Below, piece after piece: positions 22,921 to 35,472 of a DNA stretch of 43,820 nucleotides. Made by a program: the position numbers and the translations under genes. Source of the DNA: Xylographa opegraphella (Eukaryota); the NCBI GenBank assembly GCA_022813865.1, contig JALDZX010000099.1:1-43820 (forward strand), in the 5' to 3' direction. Numbering within the stretch: the stretch's first letter is position 1; the number at the start of each line of letters is the position of its first letter. The notes beneath the pieces were generated by a model. That model was not told where the DNA came from, searched no databases, and saw only the letters and a program-made list of their open reading frames with translations.

Positions 22921-25028
22921 TCAATAATCTTTTGCATCTTCTCGCTTCTCGCTTCGGGGGAGTCGGTGGTGAGCAAGGCGTTGTCGAGCCTCTCTGCCAA
23001 TAGTGTGGACGGTTACCGCTTACTTTAGTCCCGACTTAGTCGGAAATGTACTGTAGGCCAAAGGGCTGCTTGCCCAGAAAGAATTATAGCTCTGCTCGGG
23101 CGATGGTCAGATTCACTCGGCAGCCAATAGAAAGCACGGCGTAGCGAGAGCACATGGTCATCTCCAGGCCCCCCGTGCCACCGCCCAGCCCCGGTCGTGC
23201 TGAACAATACGCGTGCCGCGAGTAAGTGGAAGCATACAGGACTACGGCGAGCCCTCGAGCACTCATGATTTCCTCGCGGGCTTCCGGGCCTGCCAACTCT
23301 TGGGAAAGTGGTACTGGAGTCTCGAGAGAAGCACGAAGGAAGAAGCCTCATCATCTTCGCGGCTCTCCAACCTTTCGATCGTTTCATTTTTTAGTGCTGC
23401 TAGCAATTCCCGCGGGACGAAGGGTGCTTACGGCCGTACGAAAAGCAACCGCTGGCGTGAGCCGAGGCCCTTGTAAGCTGTTCCCCGTCGGTCGGCCAGG
23501 ACCCTTGCACTTGCGTGCTCGGCCCAGCCCCAAGCTTGGGCCCTTTCAGCGAAGATGCCTGCAAGCGACTTGTCGACCGGTGCGCAGACGGACGTGTGTA
23601 AAAAGTACAGTAGAAGCGTTGGGTGGAAAGGCTGGGAAGGGATGGGAGGAAAGAGAGAGGAAGGGAAAGAATGGAAGCTAGCCAGTCGGTACCCAGCCAG
23701 CCACGGCTTCAACTCTCGTACCTATCGGAATACTCACGTACGGAGTATAACTGCGTATATGTCCAAGGAGCGATAATGCCTCACCGTCTGATTGGGTCGG
23801 TCGCGCCTCGGAGTCGGTTGGTGCACGGGACCCGAGCCTTCGTCCGTCAGCCTGCGGGCCGATTGCAAGCCCCTCTGCCGATCCCGGCATGTGTCGTGAG
23901 GCGGCAGGGAATGCCTGCAGGCTGCACTCCAATCCACCACCATGGTACGGGCGCAAATCAGGGAATGCGCGACTGAACCATACCCGCGCTTTCATTCGAC
24001 CGCATCCACGAGTACCGACCGAGTCCGGTGACAAATCTGGGGATGATACGGAGTACACCAGTAACAAGGGACGGGGGCACATGTTTCCAGGCTCCATGCA
24101 AACGTGCCATGCGGCCGGACCCGAAAAGTTGTCGCCGCCCGTCAAAGCCAGCCAGCGGACGGGGGGCAAGTCATGTACGAGCAAGGCTGTCGACCACTAG
24201 GGCGGTGTGTAGCCTCGAGACCAGGCCATGCCAGATGCCTGCACCCGAAATCCCACCGCGTCTGGCCCACGTGCGGATCGTCCGCCGCTCCGCCACCATC
24301 CCGACGAATGGGAACAGAGGCGTCCGCCATCGAAAGGCCACTGGCGCCCACGTTGTAGATCCCGGTGCCTGTTGATCATTGCCGGGACAGAGACGAGCAA
24401 AAGCGGAAATGCATCGGTGCTGACTCAGAATGGTCCACCGCTGATGTGAAGGAGCTGGATCTGAATGATGAGTACCACTGTACTGTGTATCCCCTGGGTC
24501 GGGACATCATCCTCCATTGGATCTTTCGTTTCACTATCCTGTTACATTGTACAATCAAGTCACTGTATTCTGCCAGCCTTCCTCCCAGAGCCACAGCAGC
24601 CAAATCAAACAAAATCACCAGGCGAGATCACAAACTTGGGAAGGAGCGAGCGCACGTTCGTTGCTTGTTTTCTATGTAGCGCATTCACCTACACATCTAA
24701 CTATGCCTATGCTGTCGAGCCAAACTCTCCTTGTCTAATGCTCAAGTAGCTTTCGTGAGGAGGTCCAGAGAGCGCCCGTCACTGGAGCCAAGGTCACATT
24801 CCAACCGTCCTTCGTCCGAGGGTGGCGATCTACAAGCTTTTGCCATGATAGAGGGCCCGTGAGGATCTCACAACTTCCTGGCTTCCCCTTTGGCCAACTG
24901 GGTTGCATCACAAAAACAAGTAGCCTACCATGAAAATATCGCTAGTCAGTGGGAGAGTCTCCGCCGGGTGCACTGTGCAGTCTCCAGAAGCCTGTAATGG
25001 TGGAGGTCCTTGTCCCGTGCTTCGGCCC

Positions 25029-28000
25029 TCACTGCCGACGCTGTCTAGGCACTCCGGCACCCTCAACATCGGAATCGATTCTCCGAGGTGCTGCGGTCCC
25101 AATGGCTGGAAGGGTGCCCAGATCCGCCGCGCTTATCGAAGATACCCGGCTGTGCGTTCCGGGAAGATTGCTGGTCATCGCAAAGATGCCCGTTCCGGAA
25201 AAGGTGCTGGCGGTGGGAGACTTGCTGGGCATGAAGAAGCTGGCCCGTGATTGGTGCTTACTGGTCCCTGGAAGATAGCTCGGACTCGAGGAGTTACTCG
25301 GCCCGGAGTCATTGTTGGGCACAGGAACCTTCATGCTTGCTGGAGTGCTGCCGGTACCGACGGGGAGGTTTGGAGTCGGGCAGTGGCTCATCGTTGCATG
25401 AATACCTGTCGCTGTAGCTTCCGTGATGGTTGGAAGTTTGCCAGTAGCTGTAGAAAAGCTTGCTTGCGGAAAAGCATTCCTTGCTAAATTCTGGCCCACG
25501 GATGGAAGATTATTGCTCGTCGTGAGAAAGTTCTCGGTCCCTGAAAACTGATTCGTCTTATGGAAATTACTCGTGGCAGCGAAACCGCCAGTGACTGGAA
25601 CGTTGCAGGCAATTGCAGGGTTCGTCGGAGCTTGACGATTGATCGATCCCTGTGCGCAGTTCGCTTTCTCGTGGGAGTCCGTCGCAGCAATGTGGTCCTG
25701 ACCCGCACAAAAGCTGGCAAGTGGACCATTGTGCATCACCAATACGTCATTCGTACGGGAATCTTTGTCTTTCTCTGCACGAATCCTCGTTTTAGAAAAG
25801 TCGTTCGTGGCTGCATCACCCTTTGTAGTCGAACGCTTATTCCTTATTCCACCGTCCTCCTCAAATTGATGACTCAGCACCAGCTTGACCAAATGTTTGA
25901 AATGCTGCCATTCGGTTCGGGCCGCAGCTTCGAGAGACACGTTTACACTGACATGCAGCCCGCTTGTCAACATGTCACCGAAAAAGGACTCATTCGGCGC
26001 GTTGGGACTGATTCCTTTCTGGTTATAGGCGTTGAGTATCTGTGCATAGAACTGTGTGACGAACGGTTAGCAAGCGGATATGTGCAAAGAATCAGTTAGT
26101 TCCAAAAATGTATATCCCGATATGCTGGATAGCTTACCATAATCACATCGTCGTCCCAGTCCGGTTTTCTAGCCAAAACCAACCACGGCCATCCCCTTGT
26201 GAGCGGGCTAATTGCCACCGCCTTGGCTGCCCAATCGGCTACCTGACAAAGATCCCACTTCTGTTTCTCGGAAAATCCAGGGGCATTGAGGCCGGCGTAG
26301 AGCAGGTCTGTAAGTAACTCGGAGGTGAGACCGAATGGACTCGTTGGAGAGACTGATGCCATGAGGCTACGCAGCATCTTCAATGTGGCGTTGAATAGTT
26401 GATCCCGCTGAAACAAAGTATAGAGGTGTATGGCGAACCATGGAAACTAAGAGAAGTTAGAGGTGCAATGGCAGGTGGGCTTACTTGTACTTGGGACCAG
26501 GTAGCGTGTCCCAATCAACCTGTCATGATATCTAAAGGATGCGGGCAACATACCTTGTGTAGAGTGCTTATCATATTCTCATATGGGCGGCTGGGGCACT
26601 GTCTGCAGAACATAGGCTACCGTGAACCCATTAGCATGCAAAGAATACCGAGCACCGTCCTCAGAGGAGATGCGAGCGGCAACTTACCCCATTGGAACTA
26701 TCGACCAACTTCGTGAGTGTATGCAATTCTTCTCCAGAAAGGAAGGACTTGAATCCGGAATTGAATGGATCGTCGGGCGGAATGATGACCGGGATCTGAC
26801 CATTCCAGCGAACATTCTTCGCTTTTGGGAAGAGGTCACGCATCAAAGCATCTTGTGAGCTTAGCTCTACCTTCACATGCCTGTCCATCATCCTGAATGA
26901 ACGATCTTGCTCCATCCTGCCTCTCATGAACTTACTCACGGCTGCTTGGGCATCAGCATGACTAAAGAATTCAACATATGCATCCATCGTTTTGCCCGTC
27001 GCTCTCTCCATGATGATATGGATTGGCTCCCCATAGTTTGGTGTAAGAATTTTAGCATTCCGCCCAAGAAATGCTAGAATATCCTGTTTTGACACAGCAT
27101 ACGGGATCTATAACGCATCAGCCTGTGCGAGATAATGCAAAATTGAGGTAGTAAGTGAATGCATAAAAAAGGGGTAAGGTTGCGAATACTATAGCAGCCT
27201 GCGAATATGTACAAAAAAACCACGATGCTTCGGTCAATGAAGAATAGGCCGGGTAACAATGATCGAACCGGAAAAGCTGACACGAATATTGGAATCGTGT
27301 AACGATAGCAAGGAATTTCGCATTCAGTGAAGCAGCATACTTACACCGGTAAACTTCATTACGCCCCATAAAGCGGGCTTTCTAAATCTTGCAGCTTCAT
27401 AAAATGGTTGAAACTCATCGTTTGTAGCAGTTTCGTAGTTCGGTTGACCACAACATGTCAGTCGTCTATATCGTGAACTTGGACGCTCCATTGGTATTGG
27501 AAACATAGTATCAACACCAGGGCGATAACATAACATCGCTGGCCTGTGATTGCTCCTGTAAGACCCTAGTGTAGAATCAGAATAGCCCGGCCCACTGCTG
27601 TTTGGAACAGCCAGAGCTGATGGACCTGCAAGAGCCGGTGCAGAGACCGAGGTACACCTGGCAGTTTGGGAGGCGGATGCGCTTATCATTGGACTAAGAT
27701 CTGGAATCTGTGTCGAAGGAACTCCATCCTCGATTATCACCAGAGGTCCAGTTATGCTAGGGACAAAACTTCGGACTGCGTGTTGTTCATAGTTGATCGC
27801 ATTATTTGTACAGAGGCTTTCATCTCCAAATTCCATGGTTTGAGGGTGTTCATTTTCCTGCTGAACATTCTGAGTGTTAACGGGTGAATGATTTTTAGAC
27901 TGACTCGTGACGAACTGCTGAAACCTATGCAGAACAGAATCGAGCTGCTGCAACTCGTTCTGGGTGCTGGTAAAGCGGTCGCAATTCTCGACCTGAGGCG

Positions 28001-30389
28001 CGCTGTGAACTTGGTTGCCAGAGCGGGAATTTCCAAATTGGCTCTGCGTCTGAGTTGAGATCTCCAGAGAGTTGATATTGCCGAGTCCTGAAGAAAGCCA
28101 TCGATAATGAGCACGAACAATTTCATCAGTACAATCTATGGGATGTGAAACGAAGAAACCTTTAGGATGAGCCTCGAGATATAATAGCTGCTCAGGCTTA
28201 TGACGTGCCTTATAAGCAGGAGAGCCCTCCACGGGAGGCCATGGGAGTATGTATGGTCTATCATGTAGGTCTTTCATTTCATAGTATAGCTTTTCGCCTG
28301 AGGCAGCTCGCAGACTATGGGAACGTTGCTGTTGTCCATACGTGTCTTGAATAGTGATATCTGTAGACAGCTGGGTTTGGAGGATACCAAGAGTTTTAAC
28401 ACGCTCTTCTTGCTCTCGTATATTTGTCATGCTCATGGTTGCTGACAAGTGGCTCGAAAATGCACCAGTGTGTTCATTAGTCTTGTTCATCTCAGGGCGT
28501 GGCTCGGGTTGAAAATGATTCTTGTTGTAGGCTTTTAGTGAACGTCTCATTGTGTGTCCTGCGCTAGATGTCTCAAAAGTCGAGATGTCATGTGCAGTAA
28601 CACCCGTGCTTATCTGAGGTGAATTTGTGTTCGGAGTAAGGACGACTGATGGTAGATCTTGGCCCGTTATACTAGCATAGAAACCGGCGTGATGTTTCCC
28701 ATTAACCCCGATCTCCTCCATCTTACGCACTTGGGACAATACTCGACGCTGTTTTGCTTGCTCTATTAGCGGAGACATCCAAGCAGTATCGTCACGGCTG
28801 CCAGACCCAGTTTCGACCAGATCGAAAAGCTGATCATGATGACCCGATTCTTCCAGAGCTAGCGCTGCATCTTTCGCCATGCCTTTCGCAATCTCCAGCT
28901 GTCTATCCGAAGTTGAAAAAGAATTTATGGAGCGTTGCGGACTTGAGGAACGCGGCACAGGGACACGTACAGAGGAATCCAGGCTCTCCCATTTGAGCCC
29001 TGCCAGGGCTTCTTCAGATGCATGTTGCGAAGTTAACGCTTTAGCCTCCGAGTTTCCTTCGTAAGAGTTGTCTTTCCCGGTATAACTCGTGTACGTTCTC
29101 AAGTGCTCAGATGCCTCGTTGTTCTGACACAACACATCAATCGAGATATCTTGAGCAAAATTTTCAGGATATTTTTCAGCTTGGTGTTGTTCATTATGGG
29201 CCATTGAAACCTTGACTCCTTTCGTATCACATTCTTCAGAAAAAGTATGTGCTGGGGTGTACCTCGAACTTAGTGATATTCCGCCTTCAGCATTTGGCCC
29301 AACGGCATCCAGCCAGGATTCTAGACTCTCAGAAGGATTTGCGTGTGCAATAATAGAACTCGGATGCATGGTTGCATTTACGAAAGAGGATTGACCCGAG
29401 ATTGAGCCGCTCGATACATATTCGCCCTCGCTATCAGTGGCGCTTTCTCCCGGAGAAATAGTCAACGGCGAAGTGCGTGTTGTATTGGTGTTCCACATTT
29501 TTTCAGGATTCTGAACCCAGCGCTCGTCGAACGACCCAGGAATAGCTGAATTCTGTTTGTTTTGAGAATCAGAATGGGATGAATTCAAGCGAGCGTACTG
29601 TTCATAACCACTGGGTTGACTATCAGCTGTCATATGTGGTGGCGACTCTACAAGCAGCCGGGCATTGCAAGAGACGTTTGACACTTTAGCCGCTGAGTAG
29701 CAAGGGTAAGAGTGGTTGAGGTTGTCTGAGGAAGCAATCTGATTTTGCGATGAAGCTTTAAAATCATATGCAGCTAAATCAGTACGATGGAAGGCCTGCC
29801 ATGCTCGATCTTGAGCATCCATTAATATCTCCCCGCCGTGCTCATTAGATAAGGGTAGACTGCGCAATTTAAGTCCACTATTGGGAACTACGGGAGTTCT
29901 CCGTGGCACAAGCGAGACACCGCCTTGATCTTCATCGTGCGATGGTCTAGTAATCTAGGGAGTGTTACTAAAATCATGTATCGACATAAATTGCAGCATT
30001 CTGGAGGCACTATAATCAGACATGAGAGACGCTTCGATATGCAAGCACACGAGTGTTTGACATTGAAAGAGGCTTCAGTGTACGTATAATTCAAACACGG
30101 CGGAGAAAGTCATCTAACTCACATTGACTTGGTTCATGATTCTGTTGAAACCCTCTCGTGAAGCATACACAGCTCCTGGGATAAACTCAGGTGCAGTGGG
30201 TGAGAAGGGCCGCGACGGCAATCCAACTTCAGTACTTGGAGCTCCAAATCGCGCAGTCGGTGATCGCACAGAACTGAAACCTAAGTCTGGTTCAACACCA
30301 ATTGCAGACAAGGTTCGGTTCGCGACACGCAATTCAGTTGCAGGATTATCAGCAGCTTCTCTTGCACGCGGTATTACTGAGTTGGACAT
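25029..30389 (-). CDS. Large RNA-binding protein with one hnRNP F/H/ESRP-like (quasi-)RRM and long low-complexity arms, ~1560 aa
   Basis: Exons 30389..30123, 29954..27345, 27107..26688, 26616..26554, 26446..26138, 26051..25029 join in frame via GT-AG introns. Core: WGVMKFTG|IPYAVSKQDILAFLGRNAK...IHIIMERATGKTMDAYVEF...RHVKVELSSQDALMRDLFP. The 5' end is uncertain; an acceptor-like site near 30450 may indicate another upstream exon. Confidence 0.8.
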
Positions 30390-32388
30390 TGCGAGTAAAT
30401 CTGCATGGAGATAGCCTACGATTTGGACGGAAACCTTTAGCGGCTTATCTGAGTCGAAGACAAATGTTAAGCAATGTGTGAGATTGGTGAATCGGTATGG
30501 TTTTGAGCATGAAGGTATGTGAAAGGTATGTAGCCTACCTTGAACAAAACATAGCCGAGGTCTGATGATTGAAACATATACTTACTTGGAGTGATAATAC
30601 TTGTACCAAGACCTGAGAAGGAAATCTGCCTTTGGACGATAGTAAAAGCATGGGAAAACCTGACGATCTGGGCAATGGTGAACTGGACGAAAGCAGTTGA
30701 AGCGTTTAGCGTGTCAAGCACGGAGGAGCCGGTGCCCTTGTAGTACTCTGCGGAATCCTTACGGACCTTGAAGTGCTAGAGGTGATAAAGGTGAGCGAGA
30801 AGCTGTAGCAGTGAAAGAGAGAATGAAATATGGGGAAGTGAGCAATGAAGAAATACCCGATCGATTCACTGATAAGGTTAATGTTACGCCAAGCCCATTG
30901 CACGTCTGAGGAGAGGTTTTGACTGTGAGAAATGATGTTGACCATGAGCAGGAGATCTTCGCGCTCGCTGAGTGCTCAACTTGCCGTGAGCTGGATATCA
31001 GTCACGTTGTTCGACCCAGATATTCTAGAACTCTTCGCAAAGTATTCACCGGACCTGGTGAATTCTTACAGTTCGATGCCGCTTTTCCGGCATTATGTCT
31101 ATTGCTATTCTTGATAGGATTGCCCGGCTTTGTGAAGTGCCTTCGTTCTGCCTGCCCCGATCAGTATGTTCTCGTTGCTTTATCGGCTATAGGGCATTAC
31201 GCCCGAAATGTTTTCATGTACCTTGCAATGTTGCCAGAAGAAACCACTGAGCTTTTTGATCTCTTTGAGCTTTCTGGCTTGAGCTTTCTGATAATTTGAT
31301 ATCTCAGATTGGAAAAGAGACGAGCATCTCAAATCACGAACCTGGTATCATCAGTGATCGAGCTTCTGAGGCTGTCAGACTGACTTTACAAGACCTTCGA
31401 AGCCATTTCGAGACATAGTCGACATCAGGCATCCGCTGTCATGAACTATCATTACTTTAGCATATACAGGGGCGGAACTGCGCCATACCCAGTCACACGC
31501 TTATCCATGGTTAGATCATCGTAGAGTTTCTGCGTAACGTCTGGATAGCAACCCGCTTAAATCCAGAATGACCGACCGTACGGCAGCCCAAGTAGCTCAG
31601 CATATTTGCAGCTATCGCGACCACCAAACCACATGCGAGACAATAGGGACCGTTAATAAATCAAGTATAGAAAGCTATCGCAGCGAGAAACTCAAGTGCA
31701 GGTCATCCAATACATATTGAATCGCATTTGTTGATGGTAGAGAAGGGGCGAGTCACAGGAGAGGAAACGGCATATCCTGAAAGTCCTCGGATGCATTTTT
31801 TTGATGCTGAAGACAATCACGTGATGCTCACCTCTGTCAATTCAGACTTCTAGCCATGCTGGCGGAGGTGCTGAAAATGCCTTACAAAAACCGGATAAAG
31901 CCCGAGGCGTGTTATGTCTGCAAACAGAAATGTATCAAGTATGGTAGTAAGGAGAGCAGTCGTTGCGAGATCCAGATGCACGATCGATGAGTCGGGAAGA
32001 CATGGAAGCCTGATCCTGAATACTAGTAACGATGTGCTACCCATACCAGATTCTCCCATAAACGGTAGAAGCGACTCCTACGAGATGAAATCTAATTCAC
32101 GGCGCCTCCCTGGACTGCGTTCCAGCAAGGAGCCTGAATGCTAGAGAGCCCGCAGCCGTTGCATACAGTCGGTCGATTTCGTAACTTGCCCACAAAGCAC
32201 ACTTTGCCGCTTCGAGATATGATATGTACGGCATATCATATTGGCGATCATATCATTCATCAATAGGGTATCTGTTACACAGGAGGAGCTTAATAGAAAT
32301 AGCATTACGTGTAATTCCCACCACGTAGCCAATAGCTATGTCTGAAACTTTTTGATCTGTAACGTCGTCGAAGAAGTCCGGAACAACG

Positions 32389-33101
32389 CTAATCAAACTA
32401 GAGGTTCATACTTAGTCAAGACTCTTCTCAGTAATAAGAGAGGTCTTCGCTTACAGGAGTGAGGAACGCTTCAGCAACAAAACGCGCTCTTGCGTTTAGC
32501 TGGGAATAGTCAGCATAATTCACAGTGGGCCCTTCTAGGATCGGAGGCCTCACGAAAAGCTTCATTTCTGAAATTTCCTTGTCTACTTCCTCCATGAATT
32601 GGATGATAAAGTCCACCAGCTTGTGTTTGAGCATCTCCTCTGTATGGAGATTGGTGATGAGAAAGGAGATATCGTAACCCTGTTTGCCGTCAGCTATGCC
32701 TCCTAATGGTAACCCGTTTGGCTACTTTGATAGCCTTTCTCCGGAGAACGAAGAATGCCTCCGCTCTTTGCGTCAGAAACCTGGTAAACTTGTGCACCAA
32801 TATATTCTCGATCTCATCTGCTTGTTTTATTTTGATGCTGACCCGGACACTGTTCACACTGGGCTCGATCAGAACCTTCTCGTTCTCATTTCTCGACACT
32901 ATTAGCGGGTTGAGAAGGACTTCAGGTGAACTGGCTGCTTCAATCTCGGGAACGTTGTGACGTTCCGAAGTCTGGGACGCGAAATTTGAGAGAGACAGGG
33001 CTGCAGTCAGTGACGACCGTACGCATTGAAGATATGGCCGTAGCGATTGCGACTGTAGGGGATTAGCGGTTTGGAGTCAATGACGGCACAGGACTAACCA
33101 T
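32389..33101 (-). CDS. ARC19: Arp2/3 complex 20-kDa subunit (ARPC4)
   Basis: Exons 33101..33099 (ATG only), 33052..32726, 32679..32554, 32499..32455, 32397..32389 give [13 protein letters not shown]...ERHNVPEIE...[23 protein letters not shown]...[10 protein letters not shown]...[17 protein letters not shown]. Confidence 0.97.
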
Positions 33102-33593
33102 GATGTTCCAATTGCTAGGTCAAGGAATCGTTCAACAAATAGTTTGGGTCCTGGCCCTAGGGCTACAAGCTCTTCACTGGCATTTGCCTTTAATCGAAAG
33201 CTGGTAAAATTCGATGTTGGATGCCTTATTGTTCGTCAAAATGGCATAGGCATGCATACAATACCTACTCTGCCGTTCGTGAGTGTAAGAGTTCATGCGG
33301 TGTTACCGAGAACTGTTGTTGCAGGTGTATACGAGAGTATTTCTGAAAGTACCTGGCGGCTGGCCCCGAGGAGGAATTGTATGCTCTCGACCCTACCCTA
33401 CCGAGTTTAGACTAGGTACTCCGTACATACCTTACTAGATCGGGTTCAAGGCTCTACTGCTGTGGGACCTAGTGCCCAGTGGCAGACTCGTGTTTGCACT
33501 GCCTGCAAACACATATGGTCATTTAGACGTTGAACTTTCTTCAGTTTTTGATCACCATATCACATTGTATTTCAGTACGATTACACCATCACT
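33102..33593. promoter_or_regulatory. Short divergent (bidirectional) promoter region between ARC19 and UBP6
   Basis: 492 bp between two head-to-head start codons. Confidence 0.6.
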
Positions 33594-35472
33594 ATGGCTT
33601 CTATCCCAGGTACGTATTCAGTTTCAAAACTCTGCCATATGTTATGTAGTAGCTTGCTTATCTCTAAATTAGTCGTCGTGAAGCATCAAGGCAACCGTTA
33701 TGCTGTCAATCTGGACCCTACCTCGACAGGCGAAATCTTCAAATACCAGCTCTTTTCCCTTACCGGGGTAGAGCCAGAAAGGCAAAAGATTCTGGTGAAA
33801 GGTGGTCAGCTCAAAGATGATACTAATCTGGCGTCTCTCAAGGCGAGGCCTGGCCAAACATTCATGATGATGGGAACGCCCGCCACTGGGGACGGAGCAG
33901 TCGCCATCGAGAGACCGAAGGACAAGATTGTATTCTTGGAAGATATGACTTCTGCCGAGGCAGCCAAAATTGAAGGGGCTTTACCCGCCGGACTGCAAAA
34001 TCTTGGAAATACTTGTTACCTAAACTCAACTCTACAGACACTGAGATCTATTCCCGAATTACAGGCCCAACTAGCAAAGTACCCGACACCTACTGCAGCC
34101 AGTAGTACCAGCGGGGTTAACTTAAGTCAGTTTGGTCTCGGAGCCATGAGTAGTTCCTTGGACCTTACAGCGTCCTTACGCGATCTCTACAAGCAAATGT
34201 CGGAGACCCAAGAAGGGTTTCCTCCCCTAGTCTTCCTCGCAGCCTTGCGTGAGCTCTTTCCTCAGTTCGCACAAAGATCTCGCACAGGTCAAGGTTATGC
34301 ACAGCAGGATGCAGAAGAGGCTTGGTCGCAGATTGTCTCTCAGCTTCGACAAAAGCTTAAGATCAAAAAGTCGACCGCCGAGGGTACCGACGCAGATACT
34401 CAGCCATCCCTTGACATATCGTTTATCGATAAGTATTTTGCTGGCCGCTTCGAGACGGTGACGGAGTGCGACGACCAATCCGCCCGAGAATCAGGAGAGG
34501 AAAAAATCAAGGGGGAAGACGTATTCCTCAAACTAGATTGCCACATCAACAAGGACACGAACCACTTGCGGGATGGTATATCAGCTGCTCTTGAGGAGAA
34601 GCTTGAGAAAACATCCCCCGTGCTGGGCCGCGAAGCTGTTTACACAAAAACCTCGCGCATAGCCCGTTTACCGAAATATCTTACAGTCCACTTCGTACGC
34701 TTTTTTTGGAAGCGAGAGGCACAAAAGAAAGCAAAGATTATGCGCAAGGTCACCTTTCCGCCCGAACTCGATGTCGTTGAATTCTGTACCGAGAGTCTAC
34801 GATCTCAACTCGTCCCTGTTCGCGACAAGGTCCGAGAGATTCGGAAGGACGAAGAGGATGTCACACGGGCAAGAAAAAGGCAAAAGACTGCACATAAACA
34901 TGAAGTGGACAGGCAGGCAGAAATGAAGGCGCAAGAACGGACGGACCCAACGAACACCGATTCAGAGCACAAGGGTGAGAAGAAGGTGGACGGCGATGCC
35001 GAAATGACGGACGTGACCTACAAGACGGATGCGGAGTACGAGGCCGAGCGGACCAGATCGATCATGGCAGCCAAGAGAGAATTACTCTCCATCATTGACC
35101 CCGAGTTAGCCAAGGACAATGGAGCGAACAAGTCGGGGGTGTACGAGTTGCGCGGTATCGTCACGCATCAAGGGGCGAGCGCCGACAGCGGGCACTACAC
35201 GGCGTATGTCAAGAAACAAGGTATCCTGGACGCAAAGACGGGCACGAGGAAGGAGGAAGATGGGAAGTGGTGGTGGTTCAACGACGACAAGGTATCCGAA
35301 GTCGAGGCCGAGAAGATCGAAACGTTGTCCGGTGGTGGTACGTTCCCTCCCGTGCGGCTCCTCTCCGTCGGGCACGATTACTGAGGCCTTGTTAGGTGAG
35401 AGCCATTCGGCTCTGATCCTGCTCTACCGAGCAATCGAACTGCCGACGGCGGAAGACATGGCGCAAGAATGA
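33594..35472 (+). CDS. UBP6: Proteasome-associated deubiquitinase Ubp6/USP14
   Basis: N-terminal UBL domain (FKYQLFSLTGVEPERQKILVKGGQLKDD), Cys box GLQNLGNTCYLNS, QQDAEE, His box HQGASADSGHY, WWWFNDDKV. Introns 33610..33672 and 35338..35395. Confidence 0.97.

Noticed and set aside
20350..24900. Many 60-190 aa ORFs on both strands (likewise 35500..41000 and 42500..43640)
   Set aside because: Expected by chance at this GC content; mutually overlapping; no recognisable motifs.
30919..31299. 126-aa ORF between the RRM gene and ARC19
   Set aside because: Non-ATG start, no recognisable family, no supporting splice signals.
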